A stretch of DNA of 64,000 bases from Cenococcum geophilum (taxonomy: Eukaryota): positions 13,764,001 to 13,828,000 of the forward strand of contig CP158635.1 in assembly GCA_050273025.1 (NCBI GenBank). Direction: 5' to 3'. Position numbers and translations under genes: made by a program. Below the pieces are notes generated by a model that did not search any database, was not told the DNA's origin, and worked only from the letters and a program-made list of their open reading frames with translations. Each line of letters starts with the position of its first letter. The stretch's first letter is position 1. Shown piece by piece: positions 51,801 to 64,000 of the stretch.

Positions 51801-54800
51801 GACGATAAACCTGTCTAGTTCTATTATTAAAACCTTTAGGTTAATTAACGTAGATCTCCTCCTTAATACTTCCGTAAAGGAAAGCGGTCTTAATATTTAT
51901 TTATTTAATCTTAAGGTCTTATATAGCTATAATAGCAAAGAGCGCTTTATAGCTTATAGGTTTTACAATAGATACAAAGGTCTTATTAAAGTTAACCCTA
52001 GCTTATTATTTATAACCCTTTACTACCTATCTTGCCTTATATTATATAATTCTTCCTTTACTATCCCACTTATGCTTAAAAACCTATTAGGCGTTAAGAA
52101 CTTTATAATTAAGAGGTTGGTTAACAAGTGTCTAGGTATTATTTGCTTTATAAGAGCTAATTTCGTCTTTACTAGCGGAGTACTATTTATTATTATTAAC
52201 GTTAAGGGTAGATTGTTTCTATAACCTTGGCTTATAAGATTTAGCTATAAGGGAGTTACTAAGTATAGCGTAGAGGTGTTTAAAGGAAGGGGTTAAGAAG
52301 TAGGTAAGCGCTAAGAATGCTGTAATAGGTGGGTTTTCTCTAATGTCGACAGAATTGCGATACTTAAGAGGTAGTTAAGGCCTATTAGTAGCTATTAAAT
52401 ATTTTAACTTCTGTAGAGGTGTCTTATTAGTAGTAAGGCGCTTTAATTTTTAAGCTTTCTTAAGGAGCTGTTTCTTTTCTTAATACTGTTTACGTTGGGT
52501 AGCGTAATTAGGTAGAGCTTCTTCTCCCTTAAACTAAGCGTTAATATCTAAAGTATCGGAGTCGTATTTAATATATTATTCTTAAATTTAACACTTATTA
52601 CTACCGGGAACTATTAAAATAGTCTTTTAAAAGTGGATAGCTAAGGTATATATAAGCCATCCTATCTCTTTATCTTAAATTCAAATAATATATTTACCCT
52701 TAAAGCTAATAAGGTTCCCTAATCTTGCCTTCTTATTTATATAAGAGCTAAACTTCTTCTAACTGCTGGCCCTATACTAGATATCGCACCTAAAGGTATA
52801 AATCTAGGAGTAATTAAAGACTTCGCCTTACTCTATTTTGTAGGGGGTTTATATTTCCAACGATTTAATAAGGAGGATATTTTGTATAAAGTTAGCATGC
52901 TTAACTACTTCTGGTTAGAAGTTCTTAGGAAGTAAGCAATTATTTATAAAGGTAAAGGCTTAATTATATATTATGCAATTAAGTCGTTTTAAGGCTCTAT
53001 TTTATTATTAACTCTTTAGGGTTAAGTATAAGAACTAAATTCCCTTATTTATAAGTTCTAGCTAAAAAGCATATCTAAGATATTCTCCTCCGCTATTACT
53101 ATATAGCCGTAAAATAAGACTTCCTTATTGTTTAATCTTTACTTAATATTATTGAAAATAGAACGGGACTTTAGCCTTGTACTTTATTAGGTAGACTTCA
53201 CTTATTTTATTAACTTTATTTTAGAAAGTAACGAAATATCTTAATCTATTATAGCTAGCTACTTTTATAGGTCCTTTAATATTAGAGAATATAACTTTAT
53301 AAGGCTTAGTATTGTGGTTAATAAGAGAATCTTAATATATAATATTATGCATTCTGCTATATAGGTAGGCTTTATAGGTACAGTTGTAAAGGTCTAGTAA
53401 GTAAGTAAGGTTTATCCCTTTTAATATTCTTTAGAGCTTTTATAAGTTTTAGGGGCTAATATAACTAAGCCTTTTATACTATAACCTCTCGGCTAGGTTT
53501 TATAAGCTGCTGTATAATATATGGCTGGTTTAATAGCTAACTATAAAGGCTATAAGCCCTTCTTAATAGTCGGCCTAAGTATAGAGAAAAAAGAGGCTGG
53601 ACTTATAAAACGCGTAAGCTATAAGCTCTAAGTTATAGAGAAAATTATATCTAAGGTTAAATAGATAAAGATAAACTTAATTATTAATAAGCTGTAAACT
53701 AGATACTAGGTTAGCTTATAAATTAGGAATATAAAGGATATTAGTAAGAATAAGCTCTCTCTTAACTCCTAGAACTATAAGTCTTAGGTATATATCTTTC
53801 TTTCCTATTAACTAGAGATACGTTTCTCTAATTCCGGAGATAATAATCTTCTTATTAGCTTAAAGATCTTAATAGGTAATAAATAGCTCTCTTAACTAAA
53901 ATATATACTAAGTATACCTAGTATTAATAATAATTGCAAAGGAGAGGTTAATATTTAGTTTAGCTATAAAATAAAGTTATCTAGTAAGCTTAGAGGCGTA
54001 GGAGTAAGGAGAAATATAAATAATATAGGGAACCCGCCACTAATAGGTAATAAGGTATAGTTAGCAAAGTAGGTTATATATAAAGTAGCGTAAGTTCTTT
54101 TATAGGTTATATATGTAGGCTAATAGTTTCTATACTAATAGTAAAGGTTAAAGGGCAATTTATATAAGCAGTAAAAGACTATAAAAGAAGAATAGTATGC
54201 CAGCTATAAAGAGTCCAAAGGGAATAAATAAAAGATAATATAAGAGTAAATGGATCTATAGTAAAGAACGTCTAATATAATTAGAAATATAGGAGTTTCG
54301 GCCATAATTATTAAGGTATAATTATAGCCTAGTTAGCTTGCTATGGAGTTAAAGCTTTTATAGCTACCTTATTTATTACTAGACTATAGTTAATTAAATA
54401 GCCATTTCTATATATTACCTTAACTTAGTAAGAGGCTTGCTATTTATTATTATCGCTAATAGTACTATAGGTAATAATGTAGATCCTAATAAGGAGTTGC
54501 TTTAATAGGCTCTTTATTATTTTCTAAAGTCCCTTTTATAAGTAGAGCGCGTATCTATCTCTACGGCTTTCTTAGGGTTTTCCTTTTACTAGATCTCCTT
54601 TAAGTGGGGTTAAAGGATCTAGTATCTATCTTTCTAGTAGTTAGCGTATTTATATAGCCTACAATACGGTTTATTATATTATTATTAGCCTTGCTAATTA
54701 TAATGCTACTAGCGGTAAGAGGCTTAATTTATATGTGCTTAGAAAGCTACTGGTTAACTTTAGAGTATAAGTTACTCTTATATATAGGTAAGGCCCTAAA

Positions 54801-55526
54801 TTTTTAAGAAAGTAAGGGTTTTATTAGTAAGGGAGTGTATAAGGTAGAATAATTCTTACTAGCTGTTAAAAGCAGGACTAAGACTATTAATAAACTTAGA
54901 GAGTAGGTCTATTCGGTCTATAGTATAGTTTTAGGTCTTAAGGTCTAAGTATATTTCCTTAAATTTAATAATATATTCTTTAACGTTCTTATAGTTTACA
55001 AGAGTAAGGTTTTACCATTTAGCGCATATTTTAGCGTATATCGCGTCTCCTTTTAGCTTAAATTCCGCGTATAAGATTTCTATTACATCCTTAATTTTAA
55101 TATAGTCTTTAATAAGGTTTTATCCGCGAGTGCTATAGATTATAGAGATACAGTTTACTCCCTTAAGTTGTTTTCTTTTTTAAGCTTTAAGATCCGCCTA
55201 ATAAGTTTTAATAAGTTTATTGTAAGCGTCTCTTTTAACCTAAGGTTAGTTTATAGCTGGTTTAGCTTTTAGGTTAACTAAAGCGTCTAAATTAAAGTTA
55301 TTTTTAATTAGCTACTACCTGGTACCTTTTTTCTACTTCTTATAGTTTATGGGGCTTTTAAGTGTCTAAATATTAGAGAGATTAATATTAGACTTAGAGT
55401 ATTTAATCGCTATAATAACTTATAAGAGATAAGTAAGTGTTTTAGTAAAAAGGTAGGAAATAATGTTCTTTAGCTTATATACTATTACCTTTTTAGTATT
55501 TAGTATAGTACTAAGGATTTAACAAC

Positions 55527-55558
<32 letters not shown>

Positions 55559-56452
55559 GTACTAGGAATAGTAATAGTAATAGGCAACTAAGATATTAAT
55601 AGAAAACCTAATTTAAGGTTAACAGATAGTAATAGGCAACTAAGATATTAATAGAAAACCTAATTTAAGGTTAACAGATAGTAATAGGCAACTAAAATAT
55701 AGTAAGAAAAGCTAATCTTAATTAATAGGATGTCTAAAATTTCTAAAGTGCGTATATTTAAGTTAGAGTACGCATATCCGAATATCTAAAATATTTAGAG
55801 TGCGTATATCTAAGGTGTCTAGAGTGCGTATATCCGAAATATCTAGAGTATAAAGTGTTTGGAGTGCGCATGTCTAAAATATTTAGAGTGCGTATATCCA
55901 AAGTATCTAGAGTGTAAAGTATTTAGAGTGCGTATGTCTAAAAAGTCTAGAGTGCGTATATCCGAAGTATCTAGAGTGTAAAGTATCTGAAGTGTATATA
56001 TTTAAAATGTCTAGAGTGCGTATATTTAAGGTATATCTTAAGACGTAGTATATAGGTTACTACGCGATAGAAGCGTCTTTAGGCTTATAACCTGTTAAAA
56101 TAGGTATAGTTTAATAATTATTTTTATTAAGTATATATATCTAAGAGGGTGGGGAAGCGATAATTATATAGAAGAGTGTTAGAGGTTCCACCCAATAAGA
56201 AGTAATACACGCTAACTAGAACCCACTTTAACAAAACCTAACTCTATAGGAGCTCTCCGCTTATTTAAGTTATATTTAGAGGCCTAGAAAAGTAAGTAGA
56301 AGTAGAAGTAGTATATAGGGAATACGCGCCTTTAACCGATATAACTGGCATAGCTTTAAAAGCTTCTTTAAAGGGCTATCTTTAATAAAGTTAAGGTGGG
56401 GCTTATAGATACAGCACCTGCTACACTTAATTACAGTAAGGTCTGCTATATT
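45850..56452 (-). pseudogene. Helitron-type Rep/PIF1 helicase transposase (HLE2/Helitron2-like), RIP-inactivated and split by Copia-2
   Basis: N-terminal CxxC motifs ~56350-56430; conserved block EELLIARVHV..QV.RVRGQQYRYTGH ~49830-49930; AFPTLFPYG; HUH Rep motifs LFFTLSAAD, FEWQARGSGHVHGFLW (~48620-48670) and NYIGKYCSK; helicase motifs DGEAGTGKS (~47135-47165), AAPTGVAA, ILDEKSM, GDFYQLPPV, GLVNG, AITIHKSQG, TYVAISRV (all after reverting RIP changes). Confidence 0.92.
50523..56233 (-). mobile_element. Full-length Ty1/Copia retrotransposon (Copia-2), heavily RIP-mutated
   Basis: 141-bp LTRs at 50523-50663 and 56093-56233; TSD AAACC; GGTTATAAGCC after the 5' LTR; polypurine tract AAGGAGGGC; RT KTAFLYG / ALYGLKQSP / YVDDLL; RNase H DSSWADD; short tandem repeats in the 5' leader (55730-56030). 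Confidence 0.94.
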
Positions 56453-56663
56453 TACGGCATATATAGTAGTATTAATAGAGATATTAACAAAGACGTTAAC
56501 AAAAAGGTATGTGTATAATATTTTAATGTTCCAATATTTTGAAGTTCGTCACGTAAATTCTGCTATAACTTACCGCTGTATCTTTTTTTAACCTAATTAG
56601 AAGCTGGCTTGGCAAAGTTTAAATTCTAGGACCTAAAAATATAGACTACTTATACCTTAGGTC

Positions 56664-58178
56664 AATAAAATCCGACTAATAAATAAACTAATAAATTAAA
56701 TTAAAGGTTCGGAACGTCTAAATAAGGTTCTATTAAAACGCTAGCTGGACCCTAACCTATTAAATTCTAAAAATAATAACCTCTACTAAATTAAAAATTA
56801 ACCTTATCCTTAATAAGCCATCCGATTAGATTTAATAGTTCTTTATTATCTAAGATATAGCTAAAACTAACGAGGTATAGTAGTATATTAACCTATTTAA
56901 GAAGAAAGACAATCTTCTAAAGCTAGAACTACTAAGTCGGCCTATATTAAGGGATATACTACCTACGGCTATATTAATAGCAAAGCTAGACCTAAATCAG
57001 CTCACTACCTATAACTAGCTCTACGCTAAATATAAGGACGATCTACGCGTATACTAGAAGCAAAAACAGGCTATAAACGATATTAACAACTACATCGTTC
57101 GCACCACATCGGTAGCCTACCTTTCACTTATTAACAGCCTTAGTAGTTAGTTACATCAAATATTTAAGGCGTCTCTACTACTATAGTAGCCACTATAGTG
57201 ACAGAGATATCCTATATTTTGGTAAGCAATTAAGCCCATCTTATACAATAATCTTATACTTATTAATACTTACCAAATCACGTACTTATAGGGCCTCCTC
57301 CTATCTATAAATACTCCCTTCTCTATACCTTCCTCTCTTCTTTTCTTCTTCCTTATAAGAGCTAGAGGTGCTCTAATACTCCTCCTTAGTCCCTATTAAG
57401 GGATCTATTGGTTAATATAGCAATATAAATAGTATTGGATAAGAAGATAGGTAAGAAAGAAAATAGGAAGAACGGAGGAGTCTCCGGTAGGTATTAGCCG
57501 AGTAATATTAACGTCTATATTATAGCTGCCTAATCTCCCGTTTATAGGCCTCCTCCCATCTATAAATACTCCCTCCTCTATACCTTCCTCTCTTCTTTTC
57601 TTCTTCTTTATAAGAGGTGCTCTAATACCCCTCCTTAGTCCCTACTAAGGGATCTATTGGTCGATATAGCGATATAGATAGCATCTAACGAGGAGATAGG
57701 TAAGAAAGGAGATAGGAAGAACGGAGGGGCGTCTAGTAGGTGTTAGCTAAGTAATGTTAATATCTATATTATAGCTGCCTAATCTCCCATTTGCAGGCCT
57801 CCTCCCGTTTATAAATACTCCCTTCTCTATACCTTCCTCTCTTCTTCTTTCTTCTTCCTTATAAGAGGTGCTCTAATACCTCTCCCTAGTCCCTACTAAG
57901 GGATCTATTAATCGACGTAGTAATATAGACAGTATCTAATAAGGAGACGGGTAAGAGAGGAGACAGGAAGGATGGAGGGGCGTTTAGTAGGTGTTAGTTA
58001 AGCAATATTAATATCTATATTATGGCTGCCTAATCTCCCGTTCGTAGGCCTCCTCCTATCTATAAATACTCCCTCTTCTATACCTTTCTTTCTTCTTCTT
58101 TCTTCTTCCTTATAAGAGCTAAAGGCGCTCTAATACCCCTCCCTAGTCTCCACTAAGGGATCTATTAGTTAATATGGC
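56664..58178. repeat. Right arm of the long inverted repeat (Copia-like gag fragment on +, then ~3.5 units of the 255-bp array)
   Basis: Reverse complement of the left arm. ~56773-57140 reverts to MTTSTKLKINLILDKPSDWIQWFFIIQDTAKTNEVWQYIDPS...; the arm is cut at a Gypsy LTR. Confidence 0.92.
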
Positions 58179-59144
58179 TGTTACGGCTTAAACAAATGCC
58201 TCTAAACCGAAGCTTGAACGAATGCTGTATTACAAAGATACTAAGCTAAAAAGAAGGAAAAGGGGTCGCTAGGACCGATGTAAACAAATATATAGGGTGA
58301 GCCGCTAAGGCGCTAGCTTTAGGCGGGCCAATCGCAGGTCAGCAAAATATGGCAGAATTTGGTAGGTAACGTGCAATAGCGCCGTTACATCACCCCCCTC
58401 TTTAAAGAAAGCCTGCCCTTAGGCTTAGTTAGAAATAGGGTAGTACTAGGCTTATAAATATAGGATTATAAAATATAAGATAAGGAGATAAAGGGGATAT
58501 AAGTATGTCCAGACTAAGTATAAAGGGCGATTATAGGCTAAGTAAAAGCACTAGGCCAAAAAGAGTAGCCGCTAAAAGTCTTAGCATAGATCTAACCAAT
58601 TAGATAACTTTAACTGGCGGTTGAAGTTCCTAGACATCTGATATTTTATAGTACTGGTAGAAAACGGCAGAATATAGCAGAATTTGGCAGATAGCTGTAT
58701 TAGGGCTTTAGGGCGTTTTTATCCCTATATTCTTCCGGTAACTTATCGTCTTTATTATACTAGCATTCCATCTATTTATCTAGGTACTTCGGGGGTCTAG
58801 GCGTATTAGGGTATTAGTTATAGAATTCTTTAAGCTTCTAGGGGTAGCCTATAAAGTTCCATGTAGGGTACTAAGTTAGGTTAGGATTGTAGCCCTTCTA
58901 TTAAACACGGTATTTTAGCGTTCCCCGTACTATCTTATAGGCTAGTATTTTATTAACCTCCTATTCGCTATTACCGTTTACTTAAACTAGTAGGGGAGGC
59001 TTATTCTTTTGTCTAGGCAATAGGTCGTTCGCAGCTTTCCATAACTTATCTAGCGAGAAGATAAGGTAAACCCTAATTAAATCTGGGAGCTTTATCTTAT
59101 ATAAGTTGCCTATCTTCTTAAGAACCTTATACGGTCCTACTATC
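58179..59144 (-). mobile_element. 3' end of a second copy of the chromodomain Gypsy (LTR 58179-58389, polypurine tract, chromodomain)
   Basis: Reverse complement of ~17455-18420. Confidence 0.93.
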
Positions 59145-62100
59145 TTACTAAGGGTGTTTTCTAAGGCAATAGGGCGGTAGCTTCCTGGGATTAAGTAATT
59201 TACTTTACCTTCTTTTTATAGGATAACCGTCGTTATGGATCTTCTAAGTTATAGGTAGTAGCCTATAGTAAAGTATGCTCTAGCTATATCTGCAAGCTAG
59301 GGTGCTATAAGTGGTCTATAGGTCTTTAAGACCTTATTTAGAATCCTATCTAAACCTAGTACTATATTGTTCGAAAGGCGGCTAATAGTTCTAGCCATTT
59401 CCTCTATTGTTATGTCGCTGTCGACCCGCAGGCGAGTCACCGGTGCTTTACCCGTGATGTTACTAAGATCTGCTGGAGCCGGTTAGGGGAAGAACCTTTC
59501 TATAAGGATCTTTGCCTTCTTATCGTTATTGTTAGTGGCCTGTGATAGTAAGGGCCTTGCAAGACGGTGGTTTGTATTGCTATAGTTATACTGTATAATG
59601 GATAGGTGGCGGACCCCCGGTGAGGGTCCTTTGCCTTTTTATCGTTCCTTGCTTTTTCTATTTCCACTTTTTCTAGGATATTTAAAACTTCTATCTCTTA
59701 TATCTGCACCCTAGTTACTACTTATTTTATATAGAGCTTTCCATTCCCGTGTCTTGTGTTCCTACTAGCGCTTTTATATCTAAATCTGATATTGTCTCCA
59801 GTTCTTCCCCTATTCTTATTAGTTGGCTATATACCCTTTAAGAGTTGGCTGCGAATGTTATGTTTGCCGTGTTGAGTTTAATTCTTAATTATCCTGGTTT
59901 TAAGCTTGCTATAGCTGTCCATAAGGGTCTTCCTATAGGGCGTCCTCTCCCTTATATCCCCTGTGACCCTTATATCCCTATATAGTCTAGTAATGTTATA
60001 CGGCGTCGCTTCTAGCCCGTTAAGGCTTGAGATAGCTGGCCTAGCCCCCTAGTATTAAAGGTAGGAAACGCTGGAAAGACACCTGCGCCCCCTTAGCTTA
60101 TTACCTATTATTTCTATTCATATAACCTAGCGTGCAGTTATTCCCGTAGCTGTTAAGCCCTTACCTTCCGTCTCCTGAATTTAATACAGTCTTCTCTCTC
60201 CTACGCCTTATGTGTGCTTTGGTGGCAGTTTACGTATTTTATTTAGTCTTAATTTAAGCAGTGTCTTGTATTATAGGGGCCTATATAGTGGCCGTAGCAT
60301 ACTTATACTACGCACGTGGATTAAATATATCCCTATTATACGCAGCAATAATATTATTCTAGGCGGAGTCTATAGTTATAAAGCCTTGCGTCGTATATAA
60401 GGCTATTTATAATAATGCCTTTTTAAATAAGGAGTTTTTATATTCCTAGTGTATGTTTTTTTTTAAATCTATTGTATTATACTACGTACAATACTGCGCA
60501 TGCAGCCTTAGGCTATGGCGCTATAGTTCTATATACATAAATCCTTTCTAGGCAGCTTAATATGTACTAGTAGCTATGTCCTAGTAGTTTATAAACCCCT
60601 AAACTAGGAGTTTATAGTTTCTTAGTAAAACACTAAGATACTACAACTACTAGGGAATGAGAAAATTGTAAGAAAAACTATAAGAAATCCTAACCCCTAT
60701 CCCTGTCCTTTTGCCATTTATTTCTGTCCTTTTGCTCTCTACTATCTTTTACCCAGAAGCCTAGTAGGAGTTACCTCCCTCTAGAATCCTATTAATTATA
60801 TTCTTCTATAGAATCTTCTACCCCAGTACTATGTACTAGTTTAGCTGCTTTAAGAACCTCGCAGTCTTTACTATTAGCAAAGTGTTTTTCTTTACAATTA
60901 ATGCAAAGAGGGGTAGTATGCTTGCAAGGCCTGCCCCCTACTATACAGGTAGGACAGACGTGGTCTTTAGATAGATGTGCAGCCGCACAATATCTACAGG
61001 CCCTAGTAGAGCATCTGTCTCCTATATGGCCAAATTTTTGGCAGCTATTACACTGCGTAGTAGGAGAGACTTCGAGGTATTTTACTACCTTAGTAGCTGT
61101 ACCTGCAATTGATATCTCTTTTTATTTCAGGATTTCTTGTCTTTTTTCTTCGTTCTCTATAGTAAAAACTATAGAGCCAAATCTGGTCTATAGGTTGTGT
61201 CTTTTTACACTAGATGAGATCTATCTAGGTAGTCTTTGTATCCTTATAGGATTAAAGGTCTCAATTTCTTCTTTTAGAAGCTTAGAGCCCCCCTCTCCTA
61301 GAAAAGGTAAGGTAGGAACCCTATGGGCTATAATTTGAACCCAAGGTTCTAGTTTTTGTTCTCTTTAAAAGGTAAAGCAGTTATGCCAGATCTCCTTATA
61401 TTTAACTAGGAAATCTGCATTATACTCTTCTATAGTTGTAAGGAGAATATTTTGTTTTCCTTTAGTTCTAGCTATAGACGCTAGTACTGGCTTTTCTACT
61501 TGCAGTTTTGATGCGAATAAATAATTGACATTGTTTCGTATAGAGAAGGTATCTAGAAGTTAGTCCTTTTCGTCCGTAATTAGGACTAGCTTCCTTTCTT
61601 ATAGCTGCTTTTTCTTACTTCTAGTAGAAGTAGAACTCCTACTAGAATAAGAAGAGGTAGAATATGGTAATGAGGGTAAGGAGGACGAAGAAGGGAGGTC
61701 CTTCTTTAGCCTCTCCGCGTAGGTTTCTTTAGTAGGGGCCACCTCCTTACGGAGAGCTCTTACTTCTTCTACTAGTCCCTTTAGGACATCTTCTGCCGCC
61801 TTCTCCTTTGCCGTTTCTTTTTTTGTAAAGGGATTTCTTCCTATTAGGATTCTCTGTATATAGTTCCCTATCCGCTTAACTTGTTCTTTTTCTTCTTCTT
61901 CTTCTTCTTCTTCTTCTTTTTTTAGCCCTCTATGGGCCTGGACTAGGCTATCTAAAGCCTTTTATAGGTGTTGTTTTGGAGAAAGGGGAGGGAGAGGTAT
62001 ACTACTATCCGTAATAGTCGTTGGTTTTATTATCTTTTTTACAGGTTTTTGGTTTTAGTTTTCATTTTCAGGAGAAGACTAAGGACGTTCTCTTTTTTCT

Positions 62101-63610
62101 CCTATCCTAAATAGGCCAGGAGTAGGGGAGGGGGGCGAAAAAGTAAATGTAGACTCTTCGTCACTTATTTCTATAGGAGGTTTTTTTAGTTTTCTTGGCA
62201 TTTTGTACCTTATAAGGGGATTTACTAGTTTTTACTATCCTTCTATGCTCTTTCTCCTTACTAATCCTACTAGAAGATTTCTGGGGAGATTAGGCTAAAA
62301 GGGAGTAGAGAAACTAGCCCCTATTTAGTTTTAGTATTGGTAGTAGTAGTAATAGTAGTTTTAGTATTCCTATCTGTGCCTCGCTTACAAGCTAGGGCCA
62401 CCCTTAGGAAATTTTTCTATTAGGGGAAAGGGGGTAAGACGACGACTAAATCCACCTCTAGCTTGCTAGGCGGTAAGAATTAGATCTTAAAAGTTGGAAA
62501 ATCGATTGTTCTTGATGGTAAGATAGGTATGCGTAAGTTTTGGAGTGTGGCGCTACCTTTTGGTAAGGTTGCATATGCGGTAAAGCTTTAGGTAAAGTTC
62601 CTAGTGTATATATACTAATGATAAGGGAGCCATACGTTTAACTAGCGTTTCCCTAGCAAGTCTCTGGCGACCCTTATATTCTTTTATTATTCTTATTATA
62701 TACTTAGTTTGCATTTTCCTATTAAAGCCATTAGATTTAGGTAATCTTAAGTTTTAGTATAAGGCGTTCCGTTTGTTTTACTATCTTATATATAGTTGCT
62801 ATATTGTCCGCCTAGCGTCCCTTTTTTACCCTAAGGCTTAGGGGAACCACTAGGACTTTAACTGGGTAATCTTTATAGAGCACTTTTATGCCAATACATT
62901 CTCCTAGCCTGTCCCCTACCCTAACGGCTCGTTCCTTTGCCTATTAGTCCCTTAGGGTAACTCTAATATCTCCGCTCCTAAGGTGCTGGACTATAATAGC
63001 GTTATAAACCTCTTTATAAATCTTTATAAGGACTTTTATTTCTAATTATCCCTTAAGCCCCTCTACTTTTTCTATATTTGGTTATATTATAATTATATAC
63101 CCGGATATTATCTTTAGGGAGGTAGGTTCCCTATACTATGGACACGCAGCTATAGCAGCCCAGGTGCGGTTCGCCGGTAAGGAGGGGTTTTATTTATTTT
63201 TAATTTTGCTTAGCCATTAGAGGATTTAATTAAGGGTTTACTAAAGGGGCGCCTAAGGTTCGCTAGATTGGCGGAGCCATTCTACTAGCTGTATTAGTTT
63301 GTTATGGCTAATAGTTACTCCCCCATAACTGCGGATACTAGACGCGTCTAATAGGCTTTATATTTTGTTAGATGCCTTCTTAATAGAGGTCTTTCTGCTT
63401 TATAGTGTGGTATTCGCCCGTTCTTATTATAGAGGGCTATTGCTAGGCGTGGTTTTGGTGGACGCACGCGAGTGCAAACCACCGTCGTTTGATGTATGCC
63501 TTCCCTGCGATGCATGCATCTCAGGGGGATTCTCTGGGTGTTTTTCAGGGTTCTTTTGGTTGGTTTTAGTCTTTTTAGGCCAGGTGCAGCAAGAGCTCCT
63601 CCAGTTATGG
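59145..63610 (-). mobile_element. Tad1-like LINE (same family as 444-6538): ORF1 plus internally deleted ORF2
   Basis: 59145-59565 matches the RT at ~670-1070 and then jumps to the endonuclease start. ORF1 carries PANRTWAAIAA (~63145-63177) and Cys/His knuckles (~60130-60340) and is interrupted by the ORF1-only element. The 5' end is approximate. Confidence 0.85.
60456..62597 (-). mobile_element. ORF1-only non-LTR retroelement (copy 2, complete, ~2.14 kb)
   Basis: 13-bp TSD TTCCTAGTGTAT(G/A) at 60443-60455 and 62598-62610; poly(A) at 60456-60464; one lightly mutated gag-like frame ~62201 to 60792 with knuckles QCYSCQKFGH, CRYCAAAH, CINCKEKHFANSKDC; no endonuclease or RT. Confidence 0.88.
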
Positions 63611-63629
63611 AAATTTCTTATAATATATT

Positions 63630-64000
63630 TAGTATCTATTAGAGTATATAGTATAGGACTATAAGATAGAGTTAGAACCAGGAATAAGTCTAAGGTTCTT
63701 TCTAATCTATAAGCTTACTAAAGAAGAAAATAGAGCATTAAAGGAGTTTGTCTAGGAAAACTTATAAAAGGGATATATTAGACTATTATAGTTATTAGTA
63801 GGTTATCCAGTACTATTTATACTAAAGAAAAATGGTAAACTAAGGCTGTGTATTAACTATAGACAGTTAAATAGCATTACTAGAAAGGATAGGTATTCTT
63901 TACCCTTAATTAGCGAAATCTAAGACAGGATAGGTAACGTACAAATCTTTATAAAGATAGATTTGAGATAGGCGTACTATTAGATTAGAATTAATAAAGG
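63630..64000 (+). mobile_element. Ty3/Gypsy RT fragment of a different family (runs off the window edge)
   Basis: Reverts to DHKIELEPG...[47 protein letters not shown]...FTKIDLRWAY. Confidence 0.9.

Noticed and set aside
60901..61338. 145-aa + strand ORF
   Set aside because: It is antisense to the zinc-knuckle region of the ORF1-only element.

Overview
This is eukaryotic DNA, almost certainly from a filamentous ascomycete. Nearly the whole window is AT-rich, nested transposable elements mutated by C>T/G>A transitions consistent with RIP, so most entries in the ORF track are antisense shadows or repeat artefacts. I found one intact host gene (19927-21154, +, two introns, 364 aa, uncharacterised, with a C-terminal hydrophobic helix) in a ~1.9 kb unmutated island. 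Elements identified by hand from reading frames with RIP changes reverted, termini and target-site duplications (TSDs): Tad1-like LINEs (one inserted into another copy of itself); an ORF1-only non-LTR element with a TSD and A-rich tail (two copies); chromodomain Gypsy elements; two Copia elements with both LTRs; solo LTRs; a tyrosine-recombinase (Ngaro/DIRS-like) retrotransposon; a Ginger-like integrase DNA transposon with 143-bp TIRs; a young Mutator element whose intron holds a near-perfect hairpin; hAT and Tc1/mariner relics; and a Helitron-type Rep/PIF1 helicase gene. The helicase gene is bracketed by >1.5 kb inverted repeats made of a Copia-like gag fragment and ~255-bp tandem units. Family assignments rest on motif recognition only, and no database search was run.
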